NCBI RefSeq assembly: GCF_000143415.4
Contig: NW_003314317.1
Location: 124,001 to 188,000, forward strand
Source: Selaginella moellendorffii
Lineage: Eukaryota > Plantae > Lycopodiophyta
Length of the DNA stretch: 64,000 nt
Reading direction: 5' to 3'
In this document: in pieces, positions 24,108 through 36,740 of the stretch
Numbering within the stretch: the stretch's first letter is position 1
How the letters are laid out: each line of letters opens with the position of its first letter
Notes under the pieces: generated by a model
What the model saw: the letters and a program-made list of their open reading frames with translations, nothing else
Database searches by the model: none
What the model was told of the DNA's origin: nothing
Program-made: the position numbers and the translations under genes

Positions 24108-24686
24108 TGTAAGCAACCAAAGGGAACGATTTGAGAGACGATCCATAGAGGTTCAAATATAGAGGGAAAGGGCCCATGAACAAGAGTGCACCCTTTTTTC
24201 CAATCGGTTAAGGGTCTTGGGATATTTGGGGTTAAGCGTCCCTGGGCTGGGTGACCTCCCGGGAAGTCCAAACTCAGGAGCTTACATTTGGTATTAGAGT
24301 GGTCTCGGGTTCGACTCTGTTGGTTGGCTAGGGGAATCACACCACATGTTGATTGACATCTGGCTGGTCCAGTTTGCTTCTACTGGGCTTGACCCGAGGG
24401 GTAGGGTGTCAAGAGAGCGGGGCTCTTGGGAGAGCTACGGCTCTCAACTTCCGTTCACGAGGGCATGAACTTGTAGGGAAGCGTGGTGGATTGTAAGTAA
24501 CCAAAGGGAATGACTTGAGAGACGATCCATAAGGGTTCAAATATAGAGGGAAAGGGCCCATGAACAAGAGTGCACCCCCTTTTCCAATCGGTTAAGGGTC
24601 TTGGGATATTTGGGGTTAAGCGTCCTTGGGTTTGAATAGTACTGGGCTAAGTGACCTCCCAGGAAGTTCAAACTCAGGAGCTTACA
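24108..24686 (+). mobile_element. Cassandra-type TRIM with 5S rRNA-like domains in both LTRs
   Basis: LTRs 24108-24286 and 24492-24686 (TGTAAG..CTTACA); perfect TSD CCAGT; tRNA-iMet-like PBS TGGTATTAGAG at 24289; ~205-bp non-coding interior. Confidence 0.92.
24615..24669 (+). ncRNA. 5S rRNA-derived segment (A box to C box) within the Cassandra LTR; not a true 5S gene
   Basis: GTTAAGCGTCCTTGGG..TAGTACTGGGCTAAGTGACCTCCCAGGAAGT resembles the plant 5S core GTTAAGCGTGCTTGGGCGAGAGTAGTACTAGGATGGGTGACCTCCTGGGAAGT. Confidence 0.75.
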
Positions 24687-25299
24687 CCAGTCAACTATTA
24701 CAACACAAAGACCATCAGAAGGATTGGAAGAAGGAATAGAGGAACAAAACGAAAATATAAAAGGAAAATAAAAGAAAATAATAATGGAAGCAAAAGCAAA
24801 AATAAAAGGATAAAGAGGAATAGACGAAATATAAAGAAATATAAGATAAAAGGGAAAAACTTTAAAATCACACTTAGCATGATTGCATCGCAACCAATTC
24901 ATACCAAAGATGAGGTTAAAAACTTAACTTGGCACCACCCACAACAATTGCAACTCAAACTCGAGATCACGCATACACACAATTAGATTTGTCTCGTCCT
25001 ATACATATGGCCATTTCCATAAAGAATAAAAAATAGTTTTACCATACGATGCAAATATAGACAGCAACATGTGGCAATATACCAAGCAATAGAGGATAAA
25101 CTTGAGCATGTATCAATCAATATAGGGAGAATAGTAAAAGACTTTTTGTTATAAAAATGAATTTAGAAAGTAAAGATTAAATGAACTAGTGCCAAATAAA
25201 CCCCTTAATGATACTCCCCAAAAAAAAATGGAAAGGTAGGACTCTTTGTTACTCGCTCAACTCTTCATTTCCTAGAAATATCTTAGTGTCTAGACTTTT

Positions 25300-26650
25300 T
25301 ATTGTAGCAGCACTAACAAGATGTTATTGATGCCAAGGTCTCCACCTAGGAAATGGAAGTTACCAATTCTAAAAATGTTGATAACACTAATAAGTGTAAT
25401 TAACTTCATTACATGCCTAACAACAAATATCACAGCCATAACCACATCCTTGCCTCTATCCTTGAACTTAGGCAATAGTTACATTAACTTGTATTGGAAC
25501 ATAACTATTTCTTATAAGAAGTATATCTCATAAAGTTGTGCCAAGTGAAAAGCATCATTAAAGGTGGTTGGAGCAAGTATATATGCAAATTTTACAGGAT
25601 CTTGACGAAATGTTAACCATAACATTCTCAACTTAATATGCTCTAATATATTTAATTCCACATGAAGCAAAAAACTTCAAAAACAAACATTAAATTATAT
25701 CACTAATTTAGATGGCTTTTGACAAAGACAATGCAATTACATCACAAACAACTAAAACCCTTGCTTGATCAGATGGATTTTTATTAGCATTCTTCCTGCC
25801 TAATCCTCTTGTCTTGCCTACAGCTTTGTCTTTGCAATATCTTGCATAATGTCCTGTCCACTTGCACACACACCCTTTCTACTTGGGGAATCATGCCATC
25901 AGTGTTGTCACTGCCATGAGCTTTCTGGAAACTGCTTGTGGCTGGACTGCTATCTCTTCAACCTGAGGACCTCAAAGTTGAGCCAGCTACAAAGAGTGCA
26001 GCTCCTGGATTTTCTTGTTTGGTGGATTCTTCTGTGCCTTCATCATTCAGCAGCAATGCACAAATGTCTTTGTTTAGTTCTTCAAAACGTTTCTCAATGT
26101 CCCATGTTCTGGTTGTGCAGCCAAAGCATTCAGTAGAACTGCCTTCTTGTCTGCTTCTTTTACAACCTCACCTAAACTGGTGAGTTGAGGCATAATAGAC
26201 TTCATCCAGCCTAGAAATGTCGCTGGGAACCCATCAGATCCCATCCTAATCTCAAAAAACTTGGACTTCAACTCCACTTTGTTGGGCTTGATTACCAAAT
26301 GTGGTCCTAGCAGCTATCTTTGTGAGGTCAAACCCTTTTTCATCAGAGGCTGCTGATTTGAGCTCTGTCCCCTGGACAATTTGAAGGCAATTGTCCATGA
26401 ACGAAATCTCTTTTGCCCAGTTTTCAAAATCAGTGCCACTAAATACCAGGATCAGAAGGGCTTTGCTTGTCATCATTCCTGCAAGGGTCTCAACCACTGG
26501 CCAAACTTGCTAGACAATAAAGTGTTCGATTGCCCGACATCGTTTCTCTTGTGTCTTCTTCTGCAATCGATTTTTCACTCACTGGAGAATGGCTCGTGAG
26601 TGATTGAGATCTGCTTGCTCTCGCCCCATTGCTTCTCCCAAGCGTCATTT
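25300..26650 (-). mobile_element. Decayed Copia gag/protease remnant
   Basis: FSGTDFENWAKEI...LQIVQGTE, QLTSLGEVVKEADKKAVLLNAL, GHYARYCKD knuckle remnant. Confidence 0.6.
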
Positions 26651-26790
26651 TCTTGGGACCATCTTTGGTTTTGAGGCGGTTATTCCCTTAACTACCATTT
26701 TTCTATGTCAATTAGTATGTGGTATAATTCCTTTAGCCAACCAATAGAGTTAGACTTGAGACCCTTCTATTACCAAATGTATATAAATAT

Positions 26791-28516
26791 TTACATGGTC
26801 TCCACGTTAGCTCGTGGATCCGATCTGGATATTTCTACAGTACCACAATCCATGGAATCCTCGCTTAAAAGCGTCCGGCAACTCTCAAGCTCAACTCTAC
26901 AGTCTGCTATACTAGGCCGATCTGAGGGATCCACTGCCGAACATTTTTCCGACAACTCCCACAGGACTTCATCCACCATCTTATTAAGAGCAGGAACGTT
27001 GCTGGCACTCCTGATAAGATGACCCAGGCCCCAGACGTCCACAGGTGAACCATGGTAACCTGTAAGCATTTCTGGCGCATGCACCCGTGAATTTAACGGA
27101 TGTGCCGTTGTAGCCTCTTCAAACGTGCACGCCTCCTCCACATCTATCAGCGTCCACACCCCAGCTACTTCGTCCAAGGCCACGTTGCCCCAATGGACGT
27201 CCCTGTGGATCCACCTCTTTTCCTTGAGCCAGGCCAGAGCTTCAGAGACATCAAGAAGAGCTCTCACAAGTGATTCCTGCGTTGAAGGCCGAGCTGTTCT
27301 GTTTAGACGAGGAGAAAAGCTAAGCATATACTCGCCGATCCTCCTTTTAAAAGAGCCATTCTCATGTCGCGGCTTCCTGCTCAAGCAAGTCTCCATGTTG
27401 GGGCAGCCCTTGAGAGCGTAATATATTTTCCAAACTTTCATCCTCCTCCCCTTCGTCAGATAGCCTTTGATCACCTGATCTCCAGCTAGCCTCACAGATT
27501 TCCCGGTCGTTATACCTTTCACAACTTCAAATTCCGTATTCTCGTTGTTTATAATGCACATATCGTGCAAACCTCCCAGTACCCGACCAACGTTGGACAT
27601 AACCATGAAGAGTTTGACCCTGTCACCAATTTCGTACAAATTGAACGTTGCCAGGTGCCTGCTCTTAACCCTCCCCCCTTCATAATAAAGCGCGACCAAC
27701 GTCACCGCAAGACCGCTCGCAGAGTAACCGAGAATGTAAGGAATTGCCTTGTAACACCAGTTCCGCTTGGAAACCAGCTCTTTAAGAAGATTGCCAGTTC
27801 CTCCCAGTTCCTCTTCGGCAATCCAAAGCGAAAAACGAGCACCAACATATCCCACGACGTCGGGAAGTAAATTGTCAATTCCAGTATTTGTATTACGGTC
27901 CTTACTGAAGGCCACATTCATGAACACTCTCAGGGGAGTGTTGATCAAGTTATCCCATGCCTGAATAAATGAGAGCTCGGAAACACCTGCAACGAAGATA
28001 CCATTAGTATGACATAATACAGCGACGTCAAACCTGTTTCTGGTGGTGGAAGTATACAGCCGGAGAGATGCTCCTCAAGCCCCAAACAGCGATCACCATC
28101 CGAAGGCTCGAAGAGACCCTGCACATCGTAGTCTCGAACCCGGTTGTATGTCCTGGAACTCACGCGGATCGTAAGCCCATCGGGCCTCTTGAGGAGAAAC
28201 CCCGCCAAGCCTTGAAGCTCGGGTACTACTGGCGTGCAATATTCGCTGACAGTCTTGTAGGTGAGATCCAAGGAATTCTCGTTAGCAATTCGAGGGGCCG
28301 ACTCTGAAAGAAAATGCGTCAGTAGCCTCAACAGCCGAAGACTGTACCTTTCAGAAAGCTCCTGAGCACGTCCGCTTTGTCCTCCGGTGTGGGCGCGAGG
28401 AAAAGTACTGAGGGATCCTTTCCTTCTAGCCGCAGCATACCCAGCTTCACAGAGAGCTGGCACTTCTCATCATTGCTCAATGGCAAATTCCACAAGTCAA
28501 TTAGTGGATCCGCCAT
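26791..28516 (-). CDS. Crinkler (CRN)-type protein: restriction-endonuclease-like domain plus protein kinase; 3 exons
   Basis: Exons 28516-28348, 28303-28034, 27986-26791 splice in frame; SELSFIQAWD, DRNT..LLPD..AEEE..WCY..IPYILGY; kinase IHRDVHWGNV, LIDVEEA, HAPEM, DVWGLG. Confidence 0.8.
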
Positions 28517-28807
28517 GACAAAAAAAAACCCTAGAAAATAAAACCCTTTAAAGGCTCTCATTTGCTTTCATTTGACTTTTACCTTGTTACACTTGGTTTT
28601 GATTGAAGAGAAAGCTTTAAACAAAATTGATGGCACTCACAATCTGGCCCGAGTCCATCTCCGACTAACTCGCAAGCTACATTCTCAGAGCCTTGCAGAT
28701 CTGAGAAACCCGGAAGAGGAAAGAGAGAACGCTGAATCTACAAATTCCACGGACTATACCACGAGGCGAACGAGAAGACGAGTGTGCCACCCACCGCTCT
28801 CATCGTC

Positions 28808-30655
28808 TCAAACTGCGTTTCCATTTGCGAGCGAGTCAACAGAAGTGTCCTGTGTCCGTTGCCTCTGTAAGAAAACAAAGAAAATTTTAGACTGCGTTAG
28901 CCAGACCATATGAAACACGCGACAGATCCTTTAGAATCCTTTCTCGTTAGTGATGCTCTCACGTACCACCAACACTAGACTTCGAGATAAGAGCCACCAG
29001 CAGCCACGACTCTCTACGACACCTCTACTGACAAAATCTCTCGAGACTAAACTCAATCTCCTGGAAAAACCACTCGAGGTTAGCATGCTTGTCGTCTTGG
29101 CCTTTCCGCTTCTTTAACTAGTGTACTACTACTACTTGAAGACCACCGAAACGGATAGGAAAGAAAAACGTACCCAGTCAGTAGCATCTCCTGTAGAAAC
29201 CCCGTTCATGAGCTTGTGCATCTCCTCCTTGCTTCTGCTATCTTTTCCCCTCAATGGCAGCAAAGGACCAGAGGAACGCTCCGAGATATCTGCAAGCGTC
29301 GTGTATGAGCCAGAGAAGGCAGTTATAAACAAATATATCCTCTCACCGGAATCCGAGAGCTGCCTGTCCACAAAGTAAAATACAAGGGCAACGGTATACC
29401 TGGAGAGAAAAAAAATTAAAAATCCACAAACGTTAGAGCTCTGGCAATCAAAACAAGAGAAGAGAAAACGCTGACCAGGCCACCACAACGTCGACAGTGT
29501 AGTGCTTTCTCGAGGCAATAATAAGGAGGCTCAAAACAACGCTGACGAGCCAAGCAAGCCGCTTTATCCACCTGGATCCAGAAAAGCCACGATGGTCTCA
29601 CATGCAGCACGAGAAACGAAAAGAGAAAAAAGAAAAAAACTTACCTCTTTGTCCCGTATTTCTGGTATGTCCAGATGAAAACAAGAGTAAATATCATGTG
29701 CGAGGAGAAGATCAAGTCCCCGCAGCCAAAGATTACGCCATACGGAACTGCAGGTTACAATCTGATTAAGCCTCGACAGGACGAGAGATTTTTTACTCAC
29801 AGTTGAGAAACACGACTTCCGAGATACTTTTTGGAGGCGCCAATGTTGCTGACGGGGATCCCTGGAAAGAAACGAGTTAGAAGCACTTCACTTTCGATTT
29901 TTAAAGGAGGATATACCTCGTGACAGTGGTAGTTTGGTCCTGGAAGCGACGTGGAAAGAAATGACATGATTCGGAGGCACTGAGCAACCTGTGGATGGCA
30001 AGTGTTGAGTGACAAAGCATACGAACGAAAAAGATTGGGAGGGAAAGAGACTCACGACTAAAGTAGCAAGAACTCGGTACCACACCAAGACTGTATAAAA
30101 TCGCTTGTTGTGGAACACAAATGGATGAAAAGTCCACTGCAGTAACGACCGATTCAGCGCTGGAAAGAGAACTTCTAGATCGTACCAGGAAAAATGTAAC
30201 AAACACGAAGGTGAACAAGGTCTCGCTGATGTATGCCCTTTCGCGTCCTAGCTCCTGGATGCTGGAAAGGTCAATCTCCAGACGAGGAGAAAAGAATTTG
30301 TCCAAGCCTTACAGGGAGAAATCGAAAGCCAATATCCGGAAGGATTCGACCAGGTTGATGGAGGTAGTGAGCGACTTTAGCAGCAACACCATGTACATAC
30401 TGCCCAGAGAACGAAGCAAAAGAAGCAACAGAGCATGAGAAAGAGAGAAGAAAAAAAAATCGTTCTACCTGGAAGATGAGAGCTAGCAGCAGGAGCTTCC
30501 ATTTCTCGGACAAAATCTTGAGCTCCAGCATCAACTCCATCACGATCCTCTTCCATAGCTTGATTACCCCCAACAAAGTCAAACAACTGTGGATACAAAG
30601 AAACCAATCGATGCTAACTCACCTTGTATGCCTCCCGAGCAATGTAGGGCGGCAT
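28808..30655 (-). CDS. IPCS: Inositol phosphorylceramide synthase (IPCS/ERH1-like), multi-exon
   Basis: Exon peptides [11 protein letters not shown]|LWKR..LIFQ|[17 protein letters not shown]|[14 protein letters not shown]|WTFHPF..YTVLVW|[10 protein letters not shown]|[16 protein letters not shown]|YTVALV..ATDW|RQRTQ match plant IPCS. Confidence 0.92.
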
Positions 30656-31074
30656 AACTGGAGCGCCCCAAAGCCCTCCGCTCGTCGCTGGCCTATCCAC
30701 CCCCCGGCTATAGCATTGCTAGAGCTCCCAGACGAATCGAGCTTGGATCATCTGGTAATCCGCGGCACGGATCTTGCCGATGCGATTCCTCGATGAGTGG
30801 AACGGTCGGCGCGCTGTACAGGGAGCTCTCCAAATGCCGCGCGCTCGCTGTGCTCGGCCGCCCACAACAGCGCAGCGCGACACCCACAGAGAGAAAGAGA
30901 TCAATGAATCAAAACCCTAACGAATATGCCCCGCATATTTTTGGAAACGCGGAAAGGGAGACCGAAGGAATAAAAAAAGCACAACTGAGATATTCATATT
31001 TTTATTACTGTCATGGAAACGATTTTGATCAATATACCCTCAATCTGGAATGTCGCAGCATCGAGCTTGCACCC

Positions 31075-31720
31075 CTAATCTTGCATCCTCTTGAAGGATT
31101 CAAACACCTTGGAGGTGTTTCCTTGATGGCGGTATCCTGCTATCAGTGCGTTCCAAGTTACCGACTCTCGCCTCTCCTCGAGAGTACCACATTTGCCATA
31201 GATAGAATATTCCAAAACCAGTATAAAAGGCACATTCTCTACGAGAAAAATCCCCATACTCTCTAGTTCCTGACCAAGCTCCGGCCAGCCTCTTCAAGCC
31301 CGAGTCATCGTGGCTGGAATCTCGTGGCCTTGAACTCTTGCTGCGAGCTTCCTTCCTTTCTCGCCATCCTAGTTCTTTTTCTTTCTTTCTTCTCTCTTCA
31401 TGATTGTTTTCTCTTATATTGCTTCGAGCTAAGTTTTCAGTCTTCTTCATCACTTGATTCTTCTCAAGCTTTTGGTTTTGGATAAGCAACAGGAAGGACT
31501 GATATCTTTCGATTCATACAGGCTCTAGGCTATCTGCACGCAAGGAACGGAACATGGAACAGTAGTCACGTGTGCAAGTTAGCCGGCCTGGCGTTCCATC
31601 GTAGCCACTTGCACCTCGTTCTCACTGCCGGTGCCGTGCTCTTCAGGTGAAAAAAGTACTTTTTTCTTCCTTTTTGAGGCTTATAGTCGCTTTGTGTTTT
31701 GATCTGGTCAAAGAAGTACT
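31075..31720. pseudogene. Mosaic of gene fragments (PPR, COP1-interacting-like 3' end, folate-receptor-like intron/exon)
   Basis: Segments match ~52830-52980, ~61890-62105 and ~42690-43300. Confidence 0.75.
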
Positions 31721-32730
31721 GATGTGGCAAATAACAAATGCTATATCTCTTCAGTGATTTCATTAGTGCTGCTCGACGCTCCCGAGATAATATAGAACTC
31801 CATGTCAGCACTAAATCAGGAGCGCCTGTTCAGCATGACTCAAAAGAGGCAAGCATCATTGGGTTCCAGGATTCTACTGATTTACCAGGCCAGGCTTCCA
31901 ATGCGCAACCCACTTACTGCTGATAATGCTTTCACACACATAAGAGTCTGGGTAAGATCGATAGTATCAGTTCAATTCTCTTGCTCACAAATCCATTGCA
32001 ATGCATAGATCACTGAATTGAATGCTAAAGCTCCAGATCAACAAGCCATAAATTAAAAACAATTATTGGAGTGATAAAATTTATTTGCATTTAATTTTAT
32101 ATCATCAAATATTTTCAAATTTTAAATGCTATCTTAATTATAAATAGTTCATTGTGAACAAATAAAATTATATTCTGAAAATAACTATATAGTTACTATT
32201 TATAATTATAAATTTAATTTAATATTTTAAGCCAAAGAGTGAGGTGATTAACATATCATATCATTATTGATTTGAAAAATTAGAGAGTTCCACTAATTAA
32301 GTTTCTTATGCAAACTTGACAAATTGAAGAGTTTTACTAAGTAGTTTCTTTTATGCAATCTTCTCACAGAAAAATATGTATAAATTGCATATATAAATTA
32401 TTTTCTATTATAATTTATTGTAATTTACAAATCAATAGAATTTTGTTTACTTGTAGTAAACATTAAAATAGCCAGTAAACATTTAAATATGGTGAGGACC
32501 TACGAAACGTTTACTTTGAGTCGGCTGGAAAGCTGAGGAGAAATCTTAACACAATGCGTGAGAGAGGGAAAACAAGAAAGGAAAACTTGCCTGTTGCGAA
32601 ACGCACGTCGACCGGTTGGCAAAACTCTACACAATCTCGACTATAAGTTTCACGTACACAAAAGCTCAAATCCATCATTGGCTTCTCTCTTCACTCTGCT
32701 TTCAATCGCTTTGCAGCAGCAGCAGCAACA

Positions 32731-33399
32731 ATGTCCCCTGTAATCAAGAACATCGTAGCGCTCATGCTCGTGGCCGCCATCGCCTCCTCCGCCACCTTCG
32801 TGCATGGCGCCGACGAGGACCCACTCCAGGACTTCTGCGTCCGCGACCGCAGCCAGTCCCCCAACGCGGACTACGCCTGCAAGCCCAGCGAGCGCGTCGC
32901 CGCCTCCGACTTCAAGTACTCGGGCCTGCGCGCCCGTGGCAACACCGCCAACAAGCTCGGCTTCGCCGCCACCATCGCCAACGCCGCCTCCTTCGCGGGC
33001 CTCAACGCCCAGGGCCTCTCGCTCTCGCGCCTGGATTTCGCCCCGGACGGCGTGAATCCCCCGCACATCCACCCCCGCGCCAGCGAGCTCATCCTCGTCG
33101 TGCAGGGCTCCCTGTATGTCGGATTCGTGAGCACTGACAATCGCGTGTTTGCCCAGGTGCTGTATCCCGGGGAGATCTTCATCTTTCCCAGGGGTCTCGT
33201 CCACTTCCTGCGCAATGTTGGGCGGACCCCTGCGATCGCCTACTCGGCGCTTAACAGCCAGAACCCGGGGACTTCCCAGGTTGCAAAGGCGGTGTTTGCG
33301 TCCATTCCTCTTGTGGATGATCGTGTCGTCGCGAAGGCGTTCCAGATCTACAGCACGCAGCAGCTCAAGAACATGAGAGAGCTCATCAAGAGAACTTGA
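32731..33399 (+). CDS. Germin-like protein (cupin), divergent paralog
   Basis: Signal peptide, [31 protein letters not shown]. Confidence 0.95.
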   Translation: MSPVIKNIVALMLVAAIASSATFVHGADEDPLQDFCVRDRSQSPNADYACKPSERVAASDFKYSGLRARGNTANKLGFAATIANAASFAGLNAQGLSLSRLDFAPDGVNPPHIHPRASELILVVQGSLYVGFVSTDNRVFAQVLYPGEIFIFPRGLVHFLRNVGRTPAIAYSALNSQNPGTSQVAKAVFASIPLVDDRVVAKAFQIYSTQQLKNMRELIKRT

Positions 33400-33674
33400 T
33401 TGATTCATAGAGTTTGTGATTGAGAGTGTCTTGAGTTTGTCGATCGATCACCAAATCTCTCCCAAGTTTCCATGAAAATAATAAAAAGTTGACAACCCCA
33501 TTTTCACTTGAATTGTTTGAAGTTGTAGACTTTCGTGGAAACAAAATAGAACATGAGAAAGAAGAAGACTTAAGTGATCCAAAGATTGAGGGTAATCAAA
33601 ATCCATGAAAATAAATATCTCTTTGTGTAGGAATAAAAATATTCCGTGCTCATGACCAAGAGGACTTGATTGAT

Positions 33675-34015
33675 CCATCTCGGTTCTCACGGCTGCCGGA
33701 CTGGTCGATCCAGGCAGGGAGCTCTTCGAGACGCTGAAGAAAACATGAAATTTAGCTCTTGGGATCGGCACTACTCTTGCATGGTGGATTTTCTGGGAGG
33801 AGCAAACCAAATCGAGGAGGCTGTAGGTGTTTTGAGGAGCATGCCGGTGGAAGCAAACGTGAGGATTTGGATGGCGGTGGTGGCGGTGTGTGGGAAGTGG
33901 AAGAATATGGAGTTTGGAAGGGTGGTGCTTGAGCTTACGTTCTCATGGTGAATATCTATGCGGCAGCTGTGGGGAGGAGGGAGGAGCATGCCCAGCTTGA
34001 GCAAATTATATCTAA
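33675..34015 (+). pseudogene. 3' fragment of the E-class PPR gene (inverted duplicate of 52408-52800)
   Basis: HYSCMVDFLGGANQIEEAVGVLRSMPVEANVRIW, with indels. Confidence 0.85.
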
Positions 34016-34334
34016 TCTTGATGAGTAAAACTTCAGAGAATGATGGTGATTATTCTTGAAATTTTGTAAACCCAGTGAGCCAGCCACTAGTCGTTTCCAT
34101 TCTTTGTTGCCTGCATAAAGAAACACAGTATGTATGAAGGAAACAGGAACAAGGGAGAGAACTAGCCTGAGTTGCCTTAACTATTTTTACAAGTTTAACT
34201 CCAGTTTTTGAAAGTAGTAAATCCTGTGCATTACAGCTGTTGATTAATTAGAAATATTATTTTTATTATTCGAACATTAGGCTAAATAAAAAGGAAAATA
34301 AAAGTCTAACTTTGGCTTAATTTAAAGATTTGAA

Positions 34335-35735
34335 GGCCAAGGATGAGGTCAAGAACAACACATTTATAGAATATGTGCCTCCCCTAGGCCAGAGGCTTGT
34401 TAACTATAAATGGTCTTTAAAAACATATAATGCCAATGGTGGTGCTCCAAAGCACATTTAATTGCAAAAGGTTTTACACAAATACTATAGCAAAACTTTT
34501 TCACTAGTTGTCAAAATGGCTAATGTGTAGACAATCTTTGTAGTTAAAGGTGAAAAATTCACCAAATGGATGTGAAAATAATTTTTCTCCATGGTAATCT
34601 TAATAAAGACATCTTCATGCATATACCACCTGGCAGCCATAAGATTTTTGGGAAAGCATAGAAGCTTAAAAGAGCTTTCTATGGTCTCAAGCAAACTTCC
34701 TGTGTTTGGTATCAAAAGTTTAATGTGGCCTTATGTGAAGAAGGTTTCATTGTGCCTCAGCAGACTTAAACATCTATGTGAAAGGCTATAGTGATGCCAT
34801 AATTGTTATTGCATTGCATGTAGATGACCTCCTTATCATGGGGGGTGATGATAGTGCCATCTTGGCACTAAAAGCCTCTTTGGCTAGACATTTCTAGATG
34901 AAAAACCTTGGGGAAGTCAAGACATTTTTGGGAATCCAAATGGAACAATGCATAAAAGAACAAACCTTGAAGTTGTATCAAAGGCACTATGTGGAATCAC
35001 TCTTGAAACTGTTTAGGATGGAAAATTTCCATCTAGTGCACATACATATGGTGGCTAGTGCAGTCAACTTATTCTTCCCTCAAGATGCAGGGAAGCCTTT
35101 GGACAAACATGTCCCCTTTAGAAGTTTGATTGGCTGTCTCATGTATTTAGCATTGTCAACCCAACCTAACATATACTATGCCATAGTAATCCTGAGCCAA
35201 TTTAGTGCTTGCCCATGCACTACTCACTAGAAAGCTGCTAAGCACATCCTATGGTACCTGAAGGAACCATAGACAAAGGCTTATGTTAGCAACAGCCAAC
35301 TCAAGTGTTTTACTGATGCTAGCTGGACCACGAACAAGGGGTGCAAGTCCACCGCAGGCTTTTGTCTGATGCTTTGTGGGGCAAAAATTAATTATAAAAT
35401 AGGGTGTTGTTGCACTCTCCTCTGCAGAAGCTGAGTATAACGCTTTAACCATAGGATGCAAGGAACTTGTGTGGCTGAGACAGCTATTGAAGAACCTTAG
35501 GGCTGAGCAACTAGGTCCAACCATCGGATGGTGTGATAATCAGAGTAGCATCAATCCTGTTTTCCATGGGCACAGCAAGCACATCTTTGTGATGTGAGGG
35601 AGCAGGTTGAAGCTGGCATCATGCACGTTGACTACTTGCTAACTATGAAAATGCTTGCAGATGTGCTAACAAAGCCTTTAGAACCTGACACCTTTCGGAT
35701 GCAGCTTGGGATCCATTTATGGGGGAATGTTGAGA
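34335..35735 (+). mobile_element. Decayed Copia 3' fragment (RT/RNase H, PPT) present only in module A
   Basis: LHVDDLLI, MKNLGEVKTFLGI, FRSLIGCLMYL, SSAEAEY, CDNQSS, MLADVLTKPL, GGGGGAA|TGTTG. Confidence 0.85.
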
Positions 35736-35929
35736 TATACACTAGGGTTTTTTCCTTTTGTAAATTTGAGTTTTCTCTAAAAGCTACGATCACAGTGTGT
35801 GTGTCCTCTGGGCCTCCCACCAGATCTCTTTGAGAACGTTGAAGCAACTTGGCTTCTTTGGGCTACAAATGCAGCATTGACAACATTTTCAATAGCGGTT
35901 CAAACAACTTCCCTTTAGCAGCAAGCATT

Positions 35930-36413
35930 TGGCAGCGAACACATCAACAATCACTCTTCCCAGATCTCGCCGAGATCACCCCAAGATCACAAGCTTACGG
36001 TCTTGGGCCTGGGAAGGAGCTCCTCGTTGGATCTCATCCTGTGGAGATTCGGGCAGTTGCCAGGGAGGGCTTGTGCTGGAAGCCGTGAGAGACGGCTATG
36101 GCGGAAGGGTGGCAGCTCATTGTACGCTGTACAGTGCCTGCCAGCTACAGGATAAATATGTTGCTGGATTTTGAGTGCAGTGTGTGCGGGGGAGGGGCCG
36201 AGAACAAAAGCGCTGCTGCCGTGCAACCATCTCATGTGTGAGGAGTGCGCGGTGCAAATGGCGACCATCCAGATGAAGTGCCCGATTTGCAGCAAGTGGA
36301 TCAAATCGTGTACGGTAGATGTGGCGGAGGCGTACGAAGCGATGAAGGAAGAGGAGGAGCGGCGAAGGCCAGACGAGGGTTTTATGCCACAGAAGAAAAG
36401 CCGGTGGGATTAA
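35930..36413 (+). pseudogene. RING-HC (C3HC4) zinc-finger gene remnant, copy A
   Basis: CSVC...LLPCNHLMCEEC...KCPIC across frameshifts. Confidence 0.65.
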
Positions 36414-36740
36414 AGGTGCATCTTTCGTGGAAATCCAAAGACTATCCACATTACTTTTTGGATTCTTACTTAAGTATCCTTGCACGTAGCCACATACTTG
36501 GAGAAGAATCTTTTGTTTGATACGGTGCACGTTTTCCATACGATTATCACCAACTTGAACGCTTCATGTTTAGAGCAGTACTTTGTTTCCATACGGGTCA
36601 AACGGAAATAAAACACGTGAAATGTGATCGCTGGTAGTATAAAAGACCCTTCTCCAGCCTCTGTTTCCTCAACCCACAGAGGAGTAGAAAACAAAAGCAG
36701 CCATTCTCCAATCAAGTTGATCAGATCGATCAATTTCAAC

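Noticed and set aside
24615-24669. Functional 5S rRNA gene
   Set aside because: Only the internal core is present, inside an LTR, with no 5S termini
29020-29120. Alternative last exon of IPCS
   Set aside because: The exon at 28808-28864 (RQRTQ) matches the family C-terminus better
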